Shown one piece after another: positions 25,471 to 34,707 of a DNA stretch of 64,000 bases. Source of the DNA: a virus. The stretch is taken from IMG/VR virus record IMGVR_UViG_3300046373_000196, positions 1 through 64,000 of that record; one strand, written 5' to 3'. How positions within the stretch are numbered: position 1 is the stretch's first letter; every line of letters begins with the position of its first letter. The notes under the pieces are model-generated. The model searched no databases. It saw only the letters and a list, made by a program, of their open reading frames with translations, and was not told where the DNA came from. The position numbers were made by a program, and so were the translations under genes.

Positions 25471-25889
25471 AGACAGTACTCGATCAGAGCACAGCGATTT
25501 ACAAGGTTTTAAAAGCTCAATCCACGATTGCTTATGCAATATCAGGAGGAATTTACAAGACGCTAAGACCGGCAGACTCAGTGCTTGAAGATATCGTAGT
25601 CAACACCATTACGCTAAGCGATGGAAGTCTTCAAAGAGGCGTTTCAAACGTCAACATTCATGTGGCAGACATTCAGCAGACGATTGGAGGTAAACAGTTC
25701 TACGCACCGAATGAAGCCAGGTTAAACACGTTGACGAATTTGGTAGCTCCACTTTTGAAAAGCTACTTCAGTGATGATTTCAGCTTTAAGCTTGCTAATA
25801 CTTCATTGGTCAGGGAACCAGAAATCAATCAGCATTACGTGAATCTTAGAATCAATTTTATATTCGAGGATTTGGAAGCATTTAATTAA
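25467..25889 (+). CDS. tail completion/terminator-like protein
   Basis: Lies immediately upstream of the major tail protein gene. ATGA overlap with the previous gene. Confidence 0.45.
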   Translation: MKTVLDQSTAIYKVLKAQSTIAYAISGGIYKTLRPADSVLEDIVVNTITLSDGSLQRGVSNVNIHVADIQQTIGGKQFYAPNEARLNTLTNLVAPLLKSYFSDDFSFKLANTSLVREPEINQHYVNLRINFIFEDLEAFN

Positions 25890-25913
25890 AATACTTAAAA
25901 AACACACACTATA

Positions 25914-26435
25914 ATGGCAGTAACACGAGGAACCAGCGATGTTTTTATTGCGCCTATTGCATCGGACGGCGGTGTAGGTACGGCATGGGCGTCTATCGGT
26001 GCTATTTATGCTGATGAAACAGCAGCCTTAGCCCAGGCAGACCCAACAACCAAGGAGTTTAAATCTATTCAATCCGACCAGCCGCTTGACAAGGATATTA
26101 CACAAGGAGCTATTACAGTTCAATTGTCCCTGATGAATGTGACTGTCGATGATCTGCTTCTTCTTATGGGTGGTACGGTGACAGGAACAACCGAAGCGAA
26201 CAAAGTATGGTCAGCACCTTTACAGGCGGTAACGATTGAGAAATCACTGAAAATCGTACCTAAAAAAGGCAAGATTATTACGTTCGTACGTATGCAGCTT
26301 TCTTCAAAATCAAGCTTCAACCTTCAGCCGGATGGACTTTATCTTGTACAGGTACTTTGTTCTGTTCTTCAACCGACAAAACCAAATACTCTGCCTTACA
26401 CATTCGGTCCTGATGTATCAACATTGGTCGCATAA
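25914..26435 (+). CDS. major tail protein
   Basis: 173 aa, with a CACACAC leader, followed by a terminator hairpin, the chaperone pair and the tape measure gene. Confidence 0.6.
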   Translation: MAVTRGTSDVFIAPIASDGGVGTAWASIGAIYADETAALAQADPTTKEFKSIQSDQPLDKDITQGAITVQLSLMNVTVDDLLLLMGGTVTGTTEANKVWSAPLQAVTIEKSLKIVPKKGKIITFVRMQLSSKSSFNLQPDGLYLVQVLCSVLQPTKPNTLPYTFGPDVSTLVA

Positions 26436-26457
26436 CACCACACACTTTGAAATTATG

Positions 26458-26486
26458 AAAAAAGCCTCTTAACCGGGGCTTTTTTT
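26458..26486 (+). terminator. intrinsic terminator-like hairpin after the major tail protein gene
   Basis: AAAAAAGCCTC-ttaacc-GGGGCTTTTTTT. Confidence 0.65.
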
Positions 26487-26497
26487 GAATACACACT

Positions 26498-27004
26498 ATG
26501 GAAAATTTAGAATTCGATCCTATTGCCGCTGAAAGGAAGGAGTTAGACCTACTGAATAATAACGGGATGTTCTTTTCGGTCAACAAGCGATTTACAGGCT
26601 GGTTAAGCAAGAAAAAGACAAGAGAGTTTACGATTAAAAGCTTTCCGCTCGGTGTGATGGACCGGCTTAGCGGTGAATATATTCGGCTGGACCTTGATGA
26701 AGAGTTGATTAACATCAACCCACTTTATGAAGCTAAGGTATTGACTAAAAAAAATGCCTTAAGGTGCGCTAGGATCGTAGCTATTGCTGTGCTTAGCAAC
26801 AGCCCACTATATGCCTTTTTGGTCACTTTCCTAACCGGATATTTCTACATGCGTGTAACGCCAAAACAGTTATTTCAACTTACAGGCATCATCAATGGAA
26901 TGGCTAATTACAAGGATTTTATCAACTCTATCAGATATCTAAGGACTCAGACGACGACAAAACCGCAGCTGATAGAGAAAAACGAGCCAAGCAGCAAGGA
27001 TTAA
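26498..27004 (+). CDS. tail assembly chaperone (gpG analogue)
   Basis: Lies between the major tail protein and tape measure genes. A start-less downstream frame in -1 register follows. Confidence 0.6.
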   Translation: MENLEFDPIAAERKELDLLNNNGMFFSVNKRFTGWLSKKKTREFTIKSFPLGVMDRLSGEYIRLDLDEELININPLYEAKVLTKKNALRCARIVAIAVLSNSPLYAFLVTFLTGYFYMRVTPKQLFQLTGIINGMANYKDFINSIRYLRTQTTTKPQLIEKNEPSSKD

Positions 27005-27222
27005 AATCCACTTTCGGCTCACGCGGTTCTATTAGAAACCATTTACATCTAACCCGACATGAGATGCTATGGGAATATCCCTATGCTGAGATTATGCGCA
27101 TGCTAATCGATCAGCCATCCTTCGAAACCGACGATAAAACTTCCCCGCAAAAAGAAAAAGTAGTCGATCACGACGGGTTGATCGCTTCGCTAATGAATTT
27201 TCAATCTAATCTTCCCCGGTAA
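26941..27222 (+). other. -1 frame extension (gpT-like) reachable by programmed frameshift from the chaperone gene
   Basis: The -1 frame is open from at least 26941 (KDSDDDKTAADREKRAKQQGLKSTFGS...MNFQSNLPR) with no start codon of its own. It ends at a TAA overlapping the tape-measure ATG (TAATG). A-runs at 26959-26962 and 26978-26982 lie in the overlap. Confidence 0.6.
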
Positions 27223-30200
27223 TGAATAATAATAGCGGTGCTTTATCATTTGATGCGATTGTAGACGATGCTCAATGGTCTGCCACATTTAGGCGAATGA
27301 ATAATGATGTTCGGGGGTTAACAAATACTGCTACTACTGAAACAAATAAAATAGATGCGGTTTTCAGGCAGCTGGCAACCGTTGCCGGAGGAGCCTTCGC
27401 CTTTACTCAACTAGCATCACTTCCTCAAAAGCTTATCCAGGTTCGCGGTGAATTCCAGCAATTGGAAATTGCCTTTGAAACAATGCTTGGCAATAAAGGC
27501 AAGTCTGATGCCTTGTTTGCTGATGTGGTTAAGCTGGCGGCTACAACACCCTTTAATCTAAAAGAAGTCGCTACCGGCGCAAAACAGCTCCTTGCGTATG
27601 GTGTAGCCAGTGAAGATGTAACCAAGACCATGACAAAGCTTGGTGATATCGCAGCCGGACTTTCGATTCCTTTAAATGATCTTACTTATCTGTACGGTAC
27701 AACACGGACACAGGGACGGCTATTCACAGCAGATTTAAACCAATTTGTAGGACGTGGTATTCCATTGATCCGGTTATTATCAGAACAATTTGGTGTAGCA
27801 GAATCCGAGGTTAAGAACCTGGTGGAAGCCGGTAAAGTTGGTTTTCCGGAAGTTGAAAAGGCAATCAATACGCTGACACAATCAGGCGGGATGTTCTCTG
27901 GTTTAATGGAGAAACAAAGTAAATCACTTACAGGTCTTTACTCCAACTTTCAGGATTCGGTTGATCAGGCATTCAACAATGTTGGTAAAAGTCAGGAAGG
28001 GTTACTTGCTTCGGGTATTGGCTTTGCAACTACGATGGTTCAGAATTATGAACCGATCCTGGATGTATTAAAAGTCCTTGTTGCTACCTATGGAACGTAC
28101 AGAGCTGCCATCATTGCAACCGCTGCCGTTCAAGGTTTAGCTGCTAGCGCAGGATCAATAAAAACATTCTTCGAACTTTCAAAAAGTATTAAATCTGCTG
28201 CCGATGCTCAGGCGTTATTCAATCTGGTAACAGGTCTAAATCCTTATGTGGTTGCCGGTGCTGCATTGGTCGGTTTGATCACCGCCGTAGCTTTGTTCCG
28301 GGACACAACCACAGAAGCCGAAAAAGCGCAGAAGCGCATGGCGAATGTCAATGACACGGTTTCTCAATCCTTGGCAGGTGAGCAGGCGAAAATACAGGTA
28401 TTAACCGCACAGATCAAGAACGAAAGCGTTTCAAGAGAAGAGAGAAATAATAAGCTTCGTGAATTAATATCCATTCAGCCACAGCTTTTAAGTGGTCTGA
28501 CACTTGAAAATATTGCCACAGCCGAAGGGACAAAAGCAATCAACGGCTACATCGAAGCACGTAAACGCCAGATTGAAACAGAGCAGTTAAAGAACGAGTT
28601 GGACGAAAGTATCAAACGCCAGAACGATGCAAAATCCGGCAAAAAAGAAACCGGCGTTGTAGCTACGGTTTTAGGTGCAGCTTTATCGGTGGGCAATGCA
28701 GTTGCATCCGCTACGTCCGGCGTTGATCTGGCTAAGATTCAGGCGGCTAATACTAAGGCGGCGAATAAGGAAATAATAAAAAGTGAGGATGAACTTCAAA
28801 AGACAATCCTTGCCCGCGTAACCGCCTTACAGTCGGTTGATGCAGCTACTTTAAAATCAGGTGACAGTACCAAAGAAGTTGTTAAAAAGAACGTCAAGTA
28901 CTACGATGATCTAATTAAAGCCAAAAAGGATTCACAGGAAAGCGCAACGACCAATGCGGAATTCAATAAGCTTGAAGCCGAAATCAAAAACCTGGAAGCG
29001 CAGAAAGCCAGGATCACCGGCGCAATATCCAAAGAAGCCAAAGTAGCCAGCAAAGCATCGGCAAAAGAGGCTGAAAAATCAGGTCCATTCGGTTCAGTGG
29101 CTTACTGGGACTACATCGCAAGCAAGGCCAAAGAAATCCTTGATAAAACACCGGTTAGCAATACAGGTCAAATAGCTAAACAGCAGGCTATTCTTACCGA
29201 TGCTGAAAGAAATGCAGCATTAGCGCGTAAAAAGCTTGCCATTCTCACCTTCGACGAAGAGCTTGAACAAAAGAAAAAGAATTACGAGGCTTATCAGTTA
29301 TGGGTTGATAATCTAGGCACAAAAGCTGCTGATGAACACTTCGACGGACTGATCACGCAAGGTAAGTCTTACGCGGAGTATCTCAAACAGCAGATCGACC
29401 AGTTTCAATCCGTTCATCCTGAATCGTTAACCGGCAAAGAGCAGGATCAGCTAGTTAAACTTAAAGTTGAGTATTCCGATGCAACCAATGCGCAGAAACC
29501 GATGGAACTGTTTCAAAAGCGTTTGGATGATGCCAGAACGTCGGCTACTTCTTTAACGGATGAGATTGAACGGCTTAAAAAGATTCAGTCGGAGTTATCC
29601 CCAACGGATTTATCTCCTGATACCACAGCTAAAAAACAGGCTACACAGGAACAAATCAATGAGGCGACCGCGCAGCGTAAACTTGAATTCCGAAATTACC
29701 TTCTCGACGTTGCCGGATCAGAACAAAAACGCCTTGAAATCGAAAACCGCTTCAAAGACCTAAGGGTTGAACTGGAAAAGCAGTACGGCAAAGAAAAAGG
29801 TGCCGCCTACCTTAAAGCTTTAAAACAACTTCAGGAAGACGAAAAAGAGGCATACAAAAATCAAGACGTTCAATCTGCTGAAAAATCAAAGGAATTCAAG
29901 GAGTTCACAAAAATTGCCAAGCTTTCCAATGATGAAATAGGGCGGGATAAAGTCATTCAGGCGCGAAAAGACTTTGCTGAATTCACTAAAAATCTCGATA
30001 AGGAATCCGAAGAGTACCGTCAACACCTTGAAACGCTTCGTGGTATTGAAGAAAACTACAAAGAGAAAAGTATTACGTATTGGGATCTTGTAGCCGGGGC
30101 TATTGGGCAGATTAGCGAAGTGCTACAAGAAATGGGCGGCGGAATTGGTCAGGTAGGCTCTGCTTTATCTAGCTTGAGTGGCCAGTACGGAAATATTAAG

Positions 30201-31508
30201 CAGGCTTTCACTACGAATAAAGATGGTTCAACTAGTATGAACCAATATGCTGCTGCTATTCAAGGAGTTATAACAATTATTGGTGGGCTGACTGCTGCAT
30301 CTAAACGCAGACACGAAGAAGAAAAAGCGTTTGCAGCCGCTCGTTTGGGTTACGAACAAGACTACCAACTTGCCTTAAATCAAGAGCTAGGAGATTCTTA
30401 CAAAAAGAAAGAAAATCCTTACGTCAATGATATTCAGGCTAAAATAAAATCCGGTGTCGACCAATATAAGGACGCGCAGGAAAAATACCAGGCTGCAATA
30501 GATAAACTCGACGAAGGCCGATCTAAAAAGAATCAAAAGAATGTCGTTGACGGCAAGTCAGTCGGACAATTAGCAGGTGCAGGAGCGGCGGCCGGTGCCG
30601 TCATTGGTGGAATTGTCGGAGTTGGAGTGTTTTCTGTTGCTACGGCGGCAGTAGGGGCAGTTATCGGTGGCGCAGTCGGTGCGATATCCGGACTTTTTGC
30701 CAAGAAAAAGAAAGATGTTTACGGCTCTCTTTTAGAAGAGTATCCGGCACTGATTGATAAAAGTGCGGATGGTTGGGAAACGCTGAATGTGGCAATGGCG
30801 AAGTCATTAATTGCTAACAACCAATTAGATGATAAAACCAAAGAGCTAGTACAAACCGCTATCGAATACAATGAACAGCTTCAGGAAGCTAAACAGCAAA
30901 TCGAAGATGGAATTGTAGAGCTGACTGGGCAAATGGGTGATAGTATCCGTAACGCTCTGATCACTGCTTTTAGGGATGGAACGGATGCGGCGTTAGCCTT
31001 TGGGGATGCCGTTGGTGATGTAATTGGCAATGTTGTAGAGCAGTTATTGTTTGCAAATTTGATGCAACCGGCTTTGGATAGATTCCTTGAAGAAGCTACT
31101 CAATCATTAACTACGGGTGATGGATCTATTGTAGATGATCTTAACCGTTACAAAGACTATGGCAAAGCAGGTGCAGATGCTTACACTCAGGGATTAGCAG
31201 AGCTTGATCAGTTCTTGAAAGACAATGGGTACTCGAAAGGATTTGGCAAAACAGGATCAACATCAGCCAGCCCAATGCAGGGAGCTATTGCCGGAGTTTC
31301 CGAGCAAACAGCCGGCGTTCTGGAGGGAAATATCACAGCAATCAGGATCGGTCAGGCAGATGCCAATGTGATCTTACGGAATTCTTTGTTTCAACTTACT
31401 GCCATAGCTCAAAATACGAGTTATAATGTGCTTTTAGTAGATATCAATAAAAAGCTGGATAAACTTAATCTGCTTGACACCAATTACAACCGTCAATACG
31501 GCGGATAA
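27222..31508 (+). CDS. tail tape measure protein
   Basis: 1428 aa. TP901-type TMP core near the N-terminus (AATTPFNLKEV...GIPLIRLLSEQFGV...GGMFSGLMEKQ), long coiled-coil, and a Gly-zipper TM-like segment (GAGAAAGAVIGGIVGVGVF...GGAVGAISGLF). Confidence 0.9.
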   Translation: MNNNSGALSFDAIVDDAQWSATFRRMNNDVRGLTNTATTETNKIDAVFRQLATVAGGAFAFTQLASLPQKLIQVRGEFQQLEIAFETMLGNKGKSDALFADVVKLAATTPFNLKEVATGAKQLLAYGVASEDVTKTMTKLGDIAAGLSIPLNDLTYLYGTTRTQGRLFTADLNQFVGRGIPLIRLLSEQFGVAESEVKNLVEAGKVGFPEVEKAINTLTQSGGMFSGLMEKQSKSLTGLYSNFQDSVDQAFNNVGKSQEGLLASGIGFATTMVQNYEPILDVLKVLVATYGTYRAAIIATAAVQGLAASAGSIKTFFELSKSIKSAADAQALFNLVTGLNPYVVAGAALVGLITAVALFRDTTTEAEKAQKRMANVNDTVSQSLAGEQAKIQVLTAQIKNESVSREERNNKLRELISIQPQLLSGLTLENIATAEGTKAINGYIEARKRQIETEQLKNELDESIKRQNDAKSGKKETGVVATVLGAALSVGNAVASATSGVDLAKIQAANTKAANKEIIKSEDELQKTILARVTALQSVDAATLKSGDSTKEVVKKNVKYYDDLIKAKKDSQESATTNAEFNKLEAEIKNLEAQKARITGAISKEAKVASKASAKEAEKSGPFGSVAYWDYIASKAKEILDKTPVSNTGQIAKQQAILTDAERNAALARKKLAILTFDEELEQKKKNYEAYQLWVDNLGTKAADEHFDGLITQGKSYAEYLKQQIDQFQSVHPESLTGKEQDQLVKLKVEYSDATNAQKPMELFQKRLDDARTSATSLTDEIERLKKIQSELSPTDLSPDTTAKKQATQEQINEATAQRKLEFRNYLLDVAGSEQKRLEIENRFKDLRVELEKQYGKEKGAAYLKALKQLQEDEKEAYKNQDVQSAEKSKEFKEFTKIAKLSNDEIGRDKVIQARKDFAEFTKNLDKESEEYRQHLETLRGIEENYKEKSITYWDLVAGAIGQISEVLQEMGGGIGQVGSALSSLSGQYGNIKQAFTTNKDGSTSMNQYAAAIQGVITIIGGLTAASKRRHEEEKAFAAARLGYEQDYQLALNQELGDSYKKKENPYVNDIQAKIKSGVDQYKDAQEKYQAAIDKLDEGRSKKNQKNVVDGKSVGQLAGAGAAAGAVIGGIVGVGVFSVATAAVGAVIGGAVGAISGLFAKKKKDVYGSLLEEYPALIDKSADGWETLNVAMAKSLIANNQLDDKTKELVQTAIEYNEQLQEAKQQIEDGIVELTGQMGDSIRNALITAFRDGTDAALAFGDAVGDVIGNVVEQLLFANLMQPALDRFLEEATQSLTTGDGSIVDDLNRYKDYGKAGADAYTQGLAELDQFLKDNGYSKGFGKTGSTSASPMQGAIAGVSEQTAGVLEGNITAIRIGQADANVILRNSLFQLTAIAQNTSYNVLLVDINKKLDKLNLLDTNYNRQYGG

Positions 31509-31533
31509 TAGTTTATATGTGTATACAAATAGT

Positions 31534-31567
31534 AAAAAGGCTGATACCAATGGTGTCAGTCTTTTTT
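31534..31567 (+). terminator. intrinsic terminator after the tape measure gene
   Basis: AAAAAGGCTGATACC-aat-GGTGTCAGTCTTTTTT. Confidence 0.8.
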
Positions 31568-31585
31568 GTTGATGGAGTGGATAGT

Positions 31586-32410
31586 TTAAAATTTCCTTAT
31601 TGGCCTAACTCTACCATAGAAAGCACCTTTCTCGTAATTAGTACCGGTTAATGCAACAAAATTAAGCCCATAAGCTTTTGTGGCTGATGTTTCGGTAGAT
31701 GACCAGTACAATCCACTAGAAAATACAGTTGAGAAACCTCCAATAATAGATTTGTTATCTCGAAGTAATTCTAACTCATCAACTGACGGAATGTACCAGT
31801 CCTTATAACCATTTAAGTTTAATTCATTTTTAAAAGGATATGCGGCATAGTATGTTGATCCCGACACTACGGCCATTTTCTTTGTATTACTTTGCCCATC
31901 ACTATCATTTGTACCTACCAAGTTGGAGGGGCCCCAAAAGAATGTTTCATATCCATTAACATCTCTAAGGTTTTCTTTGGAAGCAATTAATCCAGTTTTT
32001 CCATCCTGGTTAATAAAAAATATTTTACCACCCCTATATTCATCACCAATTAATAATTTTATAGAGAATTTCGATTCTGACTTAAACTCATTGTTTTTAT
32101 CTGAGGTTGCAACAACAGTTAACGAATGTTCGCCACCATCAACATCTTTTGGCGTCCACTTGAAATTATAAGGTGACGCTATGACTGAGCCGATACTAGA
32201 GCCATCGACGAAATATTCAACTTTTTTAACGGGGTTGCTTGTAGTTGACTGGAATTCGTAATCTACATTGTTGTTTAGTATCTTATTCGCAGTCGGCGAA
32301 ATAATTGAGACTGTAATATTTTCTACTGGATCAGGATCAACAGTGTTATCTTTAGAAGGGCATCCAAAGCATAAAAATGAAATAGCAATAATAGGAAGAT
32401 ATTTTTTCAT
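31586..32410 (-). CDS. lipoprotein with Ig-like domain and DUF1566 (Lcl C-terminal-like) domain
   Basis: Lipobox LCFGC. The Ig-like segment VKKVEYFVDGSSIGS...YNFKW resembles a bacterial Ig domain. DWYIPSVDELELL and GLYWSSTE match the DUF1566 pattern. Confidence 0.65.
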   Translation of the reverse strand: MKKYLPIIAISFLCFGCPSKDNTVDPDPVENITVSIISPTANKILNNNVDYEFQSTTSNPVKKVEYFVDGSSIGSVIASPYNFKWTPKDVDGGEHSLTVVATSDKNNEFKSESKFSIKLLIGDEYRGGKIFFINQDGKTGLIASKENLRDVNGYETFFWGPSNLVGTNDSDGQSNTKKMAVVSGSTYYAAYPFKNELNLNGYKDWYIPSVDELELLRDNKSIIGGFSTVFSSGLYWSSTETSATKAYGLNFVALTGTNYEKGAFYGRVRPIRKF

Positions 32411-32539
32411 TTGTCAGAGGTTTATTTTTACAATGATACTGAATATCAGTGAATAAAAAAACGACCTCGAAATGAAGCCGTTTTTGATACTACACACACT
32501 ACTGAATCTTTTACTATTTTTAGTTTTTTAATATTCTCT

Positions 32540-32671
32540 TCAAACCTTTTTGAATTTATTTCGTTCGTCTTCCCTGCCCCAATTAGTTCCCCTTAAATAC
32601 CCTACTAAATAACAGAAAGAGCCAAAAGAAATAAGAGGTACCACTTTCATGAAAAATGTATAACTCGTCAT
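32540..32671 (-). CDS. 43-aa hydrophobic peptide, paralogue 1
   Basis: My translation: MTSYTFFMKVVPLISFGSFCYLVGYLRGTNWGREDERNKFKKV. The ATG overlaps the upstream stop (ATGA). Paralogue at 35516..35647. Confidence 0.55.
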   Translation of the reverse strand: MTSYTFFMKVVPLISFGSFCYLVGYLRGTNWGREDERNKFKKV

Positions 32672-32853
32672 GATTTTTTGGATTTATTTTGCTCTTCTAA
32701 GTGCATAAAAAAGAATTCCAGCGCCTTATAAGCGCTAAGTTCTCTATTGTGACAAACCTTAAAATAGTCGATATTGTCAAATATTTCCTGGGGTTTATAG
32801 TCATAGTCTTCATTCCTGGCTCCTAAAAGGAACATGTATTGATAGAATTTCAT
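32668..32853 (-). CDS. hypothetical small protein
   Basis: ORF track. 4-nt overlaps with both neighbouring genes. Confidence 0.45.
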   Translation of the reverse strand: MKFYQYMFLLGARNEDYDYKPQEIFDNIDYFKVCHNRELSAYKALEFFFMHLEEQNKSKKS

Positions 32854-33353
32854 TGGGTTGTGGGTAGGCTACATGGATAGAAATTATATACATTTTCAAA
32901 AGACTGCCTCACTTTCTTGCCATTCTCACCCTCCCAATTAGGCACAAAATTACAAATAGCAAAAGTTGTCCCTTGATGGAAGTTTTTAAGATGCTCTTCA
33001 ATAAAAGGTATAATTGAAGCTTGCTTTATTTCGCAATTACCCGGACAAAATCTTTCTAAATCTCCATGATCTACACCGATAAACTTTTTGTGGTTTTTAA
33101 AAAAATAGCTTTGAGGATTATAGGCGCAACCAAAATCAATTACTGTAAAGCTTAAAGGAATTAGTCTGGCCAGTAAATAATAATGATTAACAAATCCTAG
33201 AAAACTAGGATCAATGTCGCAGTTCTTTTGATTTAGTACCCTGTCAAGCTCACTTCCAGGTATTTCATCTAACAGCCAATCGGTAGCTACTTTAAATAGT
33301 TCGTCATCATCTATTCTAACGGATACTTTTGGCTTTGGTATAAAACTTCTCAT
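32850..33353 (-). CDS. hypothetical protein
   Basis: ORF track. VIDFGCAYNP faintly resembles methyltransferase motif I, which is not enough for a call. Confidence 0.45.
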   Translation of the reverse strand: MRSFIPKPKVSVRIDDDELFKVATDWLLDEIPGSELDRVLNQKNCDIDPSFLGFVNHYYLLARLIPLSFTVIDFGCAYNPQSYFFKNHKKFIGVDHGDLERFCPGNCEIKQASIIPFIEEHLKNFHQGTTFAICNFVPNWEGENGKKVRQSFENVYNFYPCSLPTTQ

Positions 33354-33442
33354 ATTTAAGACTTAGGCGATTTTTCTAATTAATTCTTCTTTAATAGATG
33401 ACTCTTATTAGTATTGAAGATGGGACTGTTGATTATTATAAA

Positions 33443-33706
33443 TCAATTTTTGTTATTTGGATTAACCAAGCTTCCTACTGTCTTTTTTAAACGTTTGTTT
33501 TCAAATGCTTCAAATTCTTCTGGACTATCCGGGGTTGCCTCTTTTGCTGATTTGGTAACCAATATAACAGCTTGGCAATACATAGTTCCCGTGTAAATGA
33601 CACCCCCAGTAGCATGATATCCTTCTTCCAGAGCTAAATTAACTTCTTCTTGTAATTCCTCCAGTGTATCACCTGTGATTACTTGATAGTGAGAATGTTC
33701 TTTCAT
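33443..33706 (-). CDS. DUF1737-like small protein
   Basis: The Met at 33706 gives MKEHSHYQVITGDTLEELQEEVNLALEEGYHATGGV, which fits the DUF1737 pattern. Confidence 0.5.
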   Translation of the reverse strand: MKEHSHYQVITGDTLEELQEEVNLALEEGYHATGGVIYTGTMYCQAVILVTKSAKEATPDSPEEFEAFENKRLKKTVGSLVNPNNKN

Positions 33707-33732
33707 GATTTTTATGTTAAAGGTTAAATTAT

Positions 33733-34707
33733 TTATACCAAATCTTCCGGCTCCCAAATAAAGCCAATTTCATTCAGCTTATATACTTCAAAGTCAGACA
33801 ATAACTTATCTTTAAATAATGATCTCATTCTGTTTGCCCAACTGTAAAGTGTTTTTTCTGCTAATGGAAAATGAATCAATCCGTTATGTCTGTAAAACTT
33901 ATCCGCTTTTTTAATCATTACCATGAATTTCTGTTCCTTATCGGTAAGAATATTGGCAGATATGTATTTTTCAATTTTATTTATTTTATGCTTGCTAAGC
34001 ATTTCCCTGTTAACCTTTGAATATTTTGCAATCCTGATGGACTTATCTTCGGGTATGGTAAATTCCTGTTTCTTAGCTGAGCCAATTTGCCAGGAAAAAT
34101 TAATGTCATTCAGTTTTCTAATTTTATCTCTGTCAAGAAGATTCTCATTTCTCAAGTCCCTTTGTTTAGTCAACCAAACACTAAGGAGTGAGTCTTCTTC
34201 TTTCAATATAATTCTTCGTGTTTTATCATAAATAGCCTTGGCCGTATTATACATTTCCAACCATTCAGAATTCACTTTATTACGGTTACTAACGCTTATT
34301 ACATGATCAAGATCGGTTTGTGTACGTTCTGCCGTAATCAACAAAACCTGAGACTTAATTTTTAGATTCGGATCATTTGGTTTGATGATAGTTGGCAGTT
34401 TTTTATCCCTTCTTTCAAAAGGCTTCATTTCGTAGCCCAAGGATCTGATATAATCAACGATTTCAAAGTCAGTTCTGATTACGTAATCTTCTCGGTCGCC
34501 CGGAAAATTACGTGTAATTAAACCCAATCCGTCGTACCTGATCCAAAAGTTATGACCATATTGAATAACAAATCCATCAGACAAAGGAGTGTACGAAACG
34601 CTTTTTACTATTGCAATCCCTGTAATAAAATTGAAAAGGTTTTTTGCATCGGCTTCGGTTATTTCCAGTAATGGTTTTAGGTCAATTTTCTCCATACATG
34701 CTTTCAA
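33733..34707 (-). CDS. protein with two helicase-associated (HA) domain-like repeats
   Basis: LSVWLTKQRDLRNENLLDRDKIRKLNDINFSW and LYSWANRMRSLFKDKLLSDFEVYKLNEIGFIWE fit the HA-domain pattern. Confidence 0.5.
   Translation of the reverse strand: MKACMEKIDLKPLLEITEADAKNLFNFITGIAIVKSVSYTPLSDGFVIQYGHNFWIRYDGLGLITRNFPGDREDYVIRTDFEIVDYIRSLGYEMKPFERRDKKLPTIIKPNDPNLKIKSQVLLITAERTQTDLDHVISVSNRNKVNSEWLEMYNTAKAIYDKTRRIILKEEDSLLSVWLTKQRDLRNENLLDRDKIRKLNDINFSWQIGSAKKQEFTIPEDKSIRIAKYSKVNREMLSKHKINKIEKYISANILTDKEQKFMVMIKKADKFYRHNGLIHFPLAEKTLYSWANRMRSLFKDKLLSDFEVYKLNEIGFIWEPEDLV

Noticed and set aside
32850-33353. SAM-dependent methyltransferase call for the 167-aa protein
   Set aside because: Only a weak motif-I-like string (VIDFGCAYNP) is present. 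Other methyltransferase motifs are not recognisable. Left as hypothetical.
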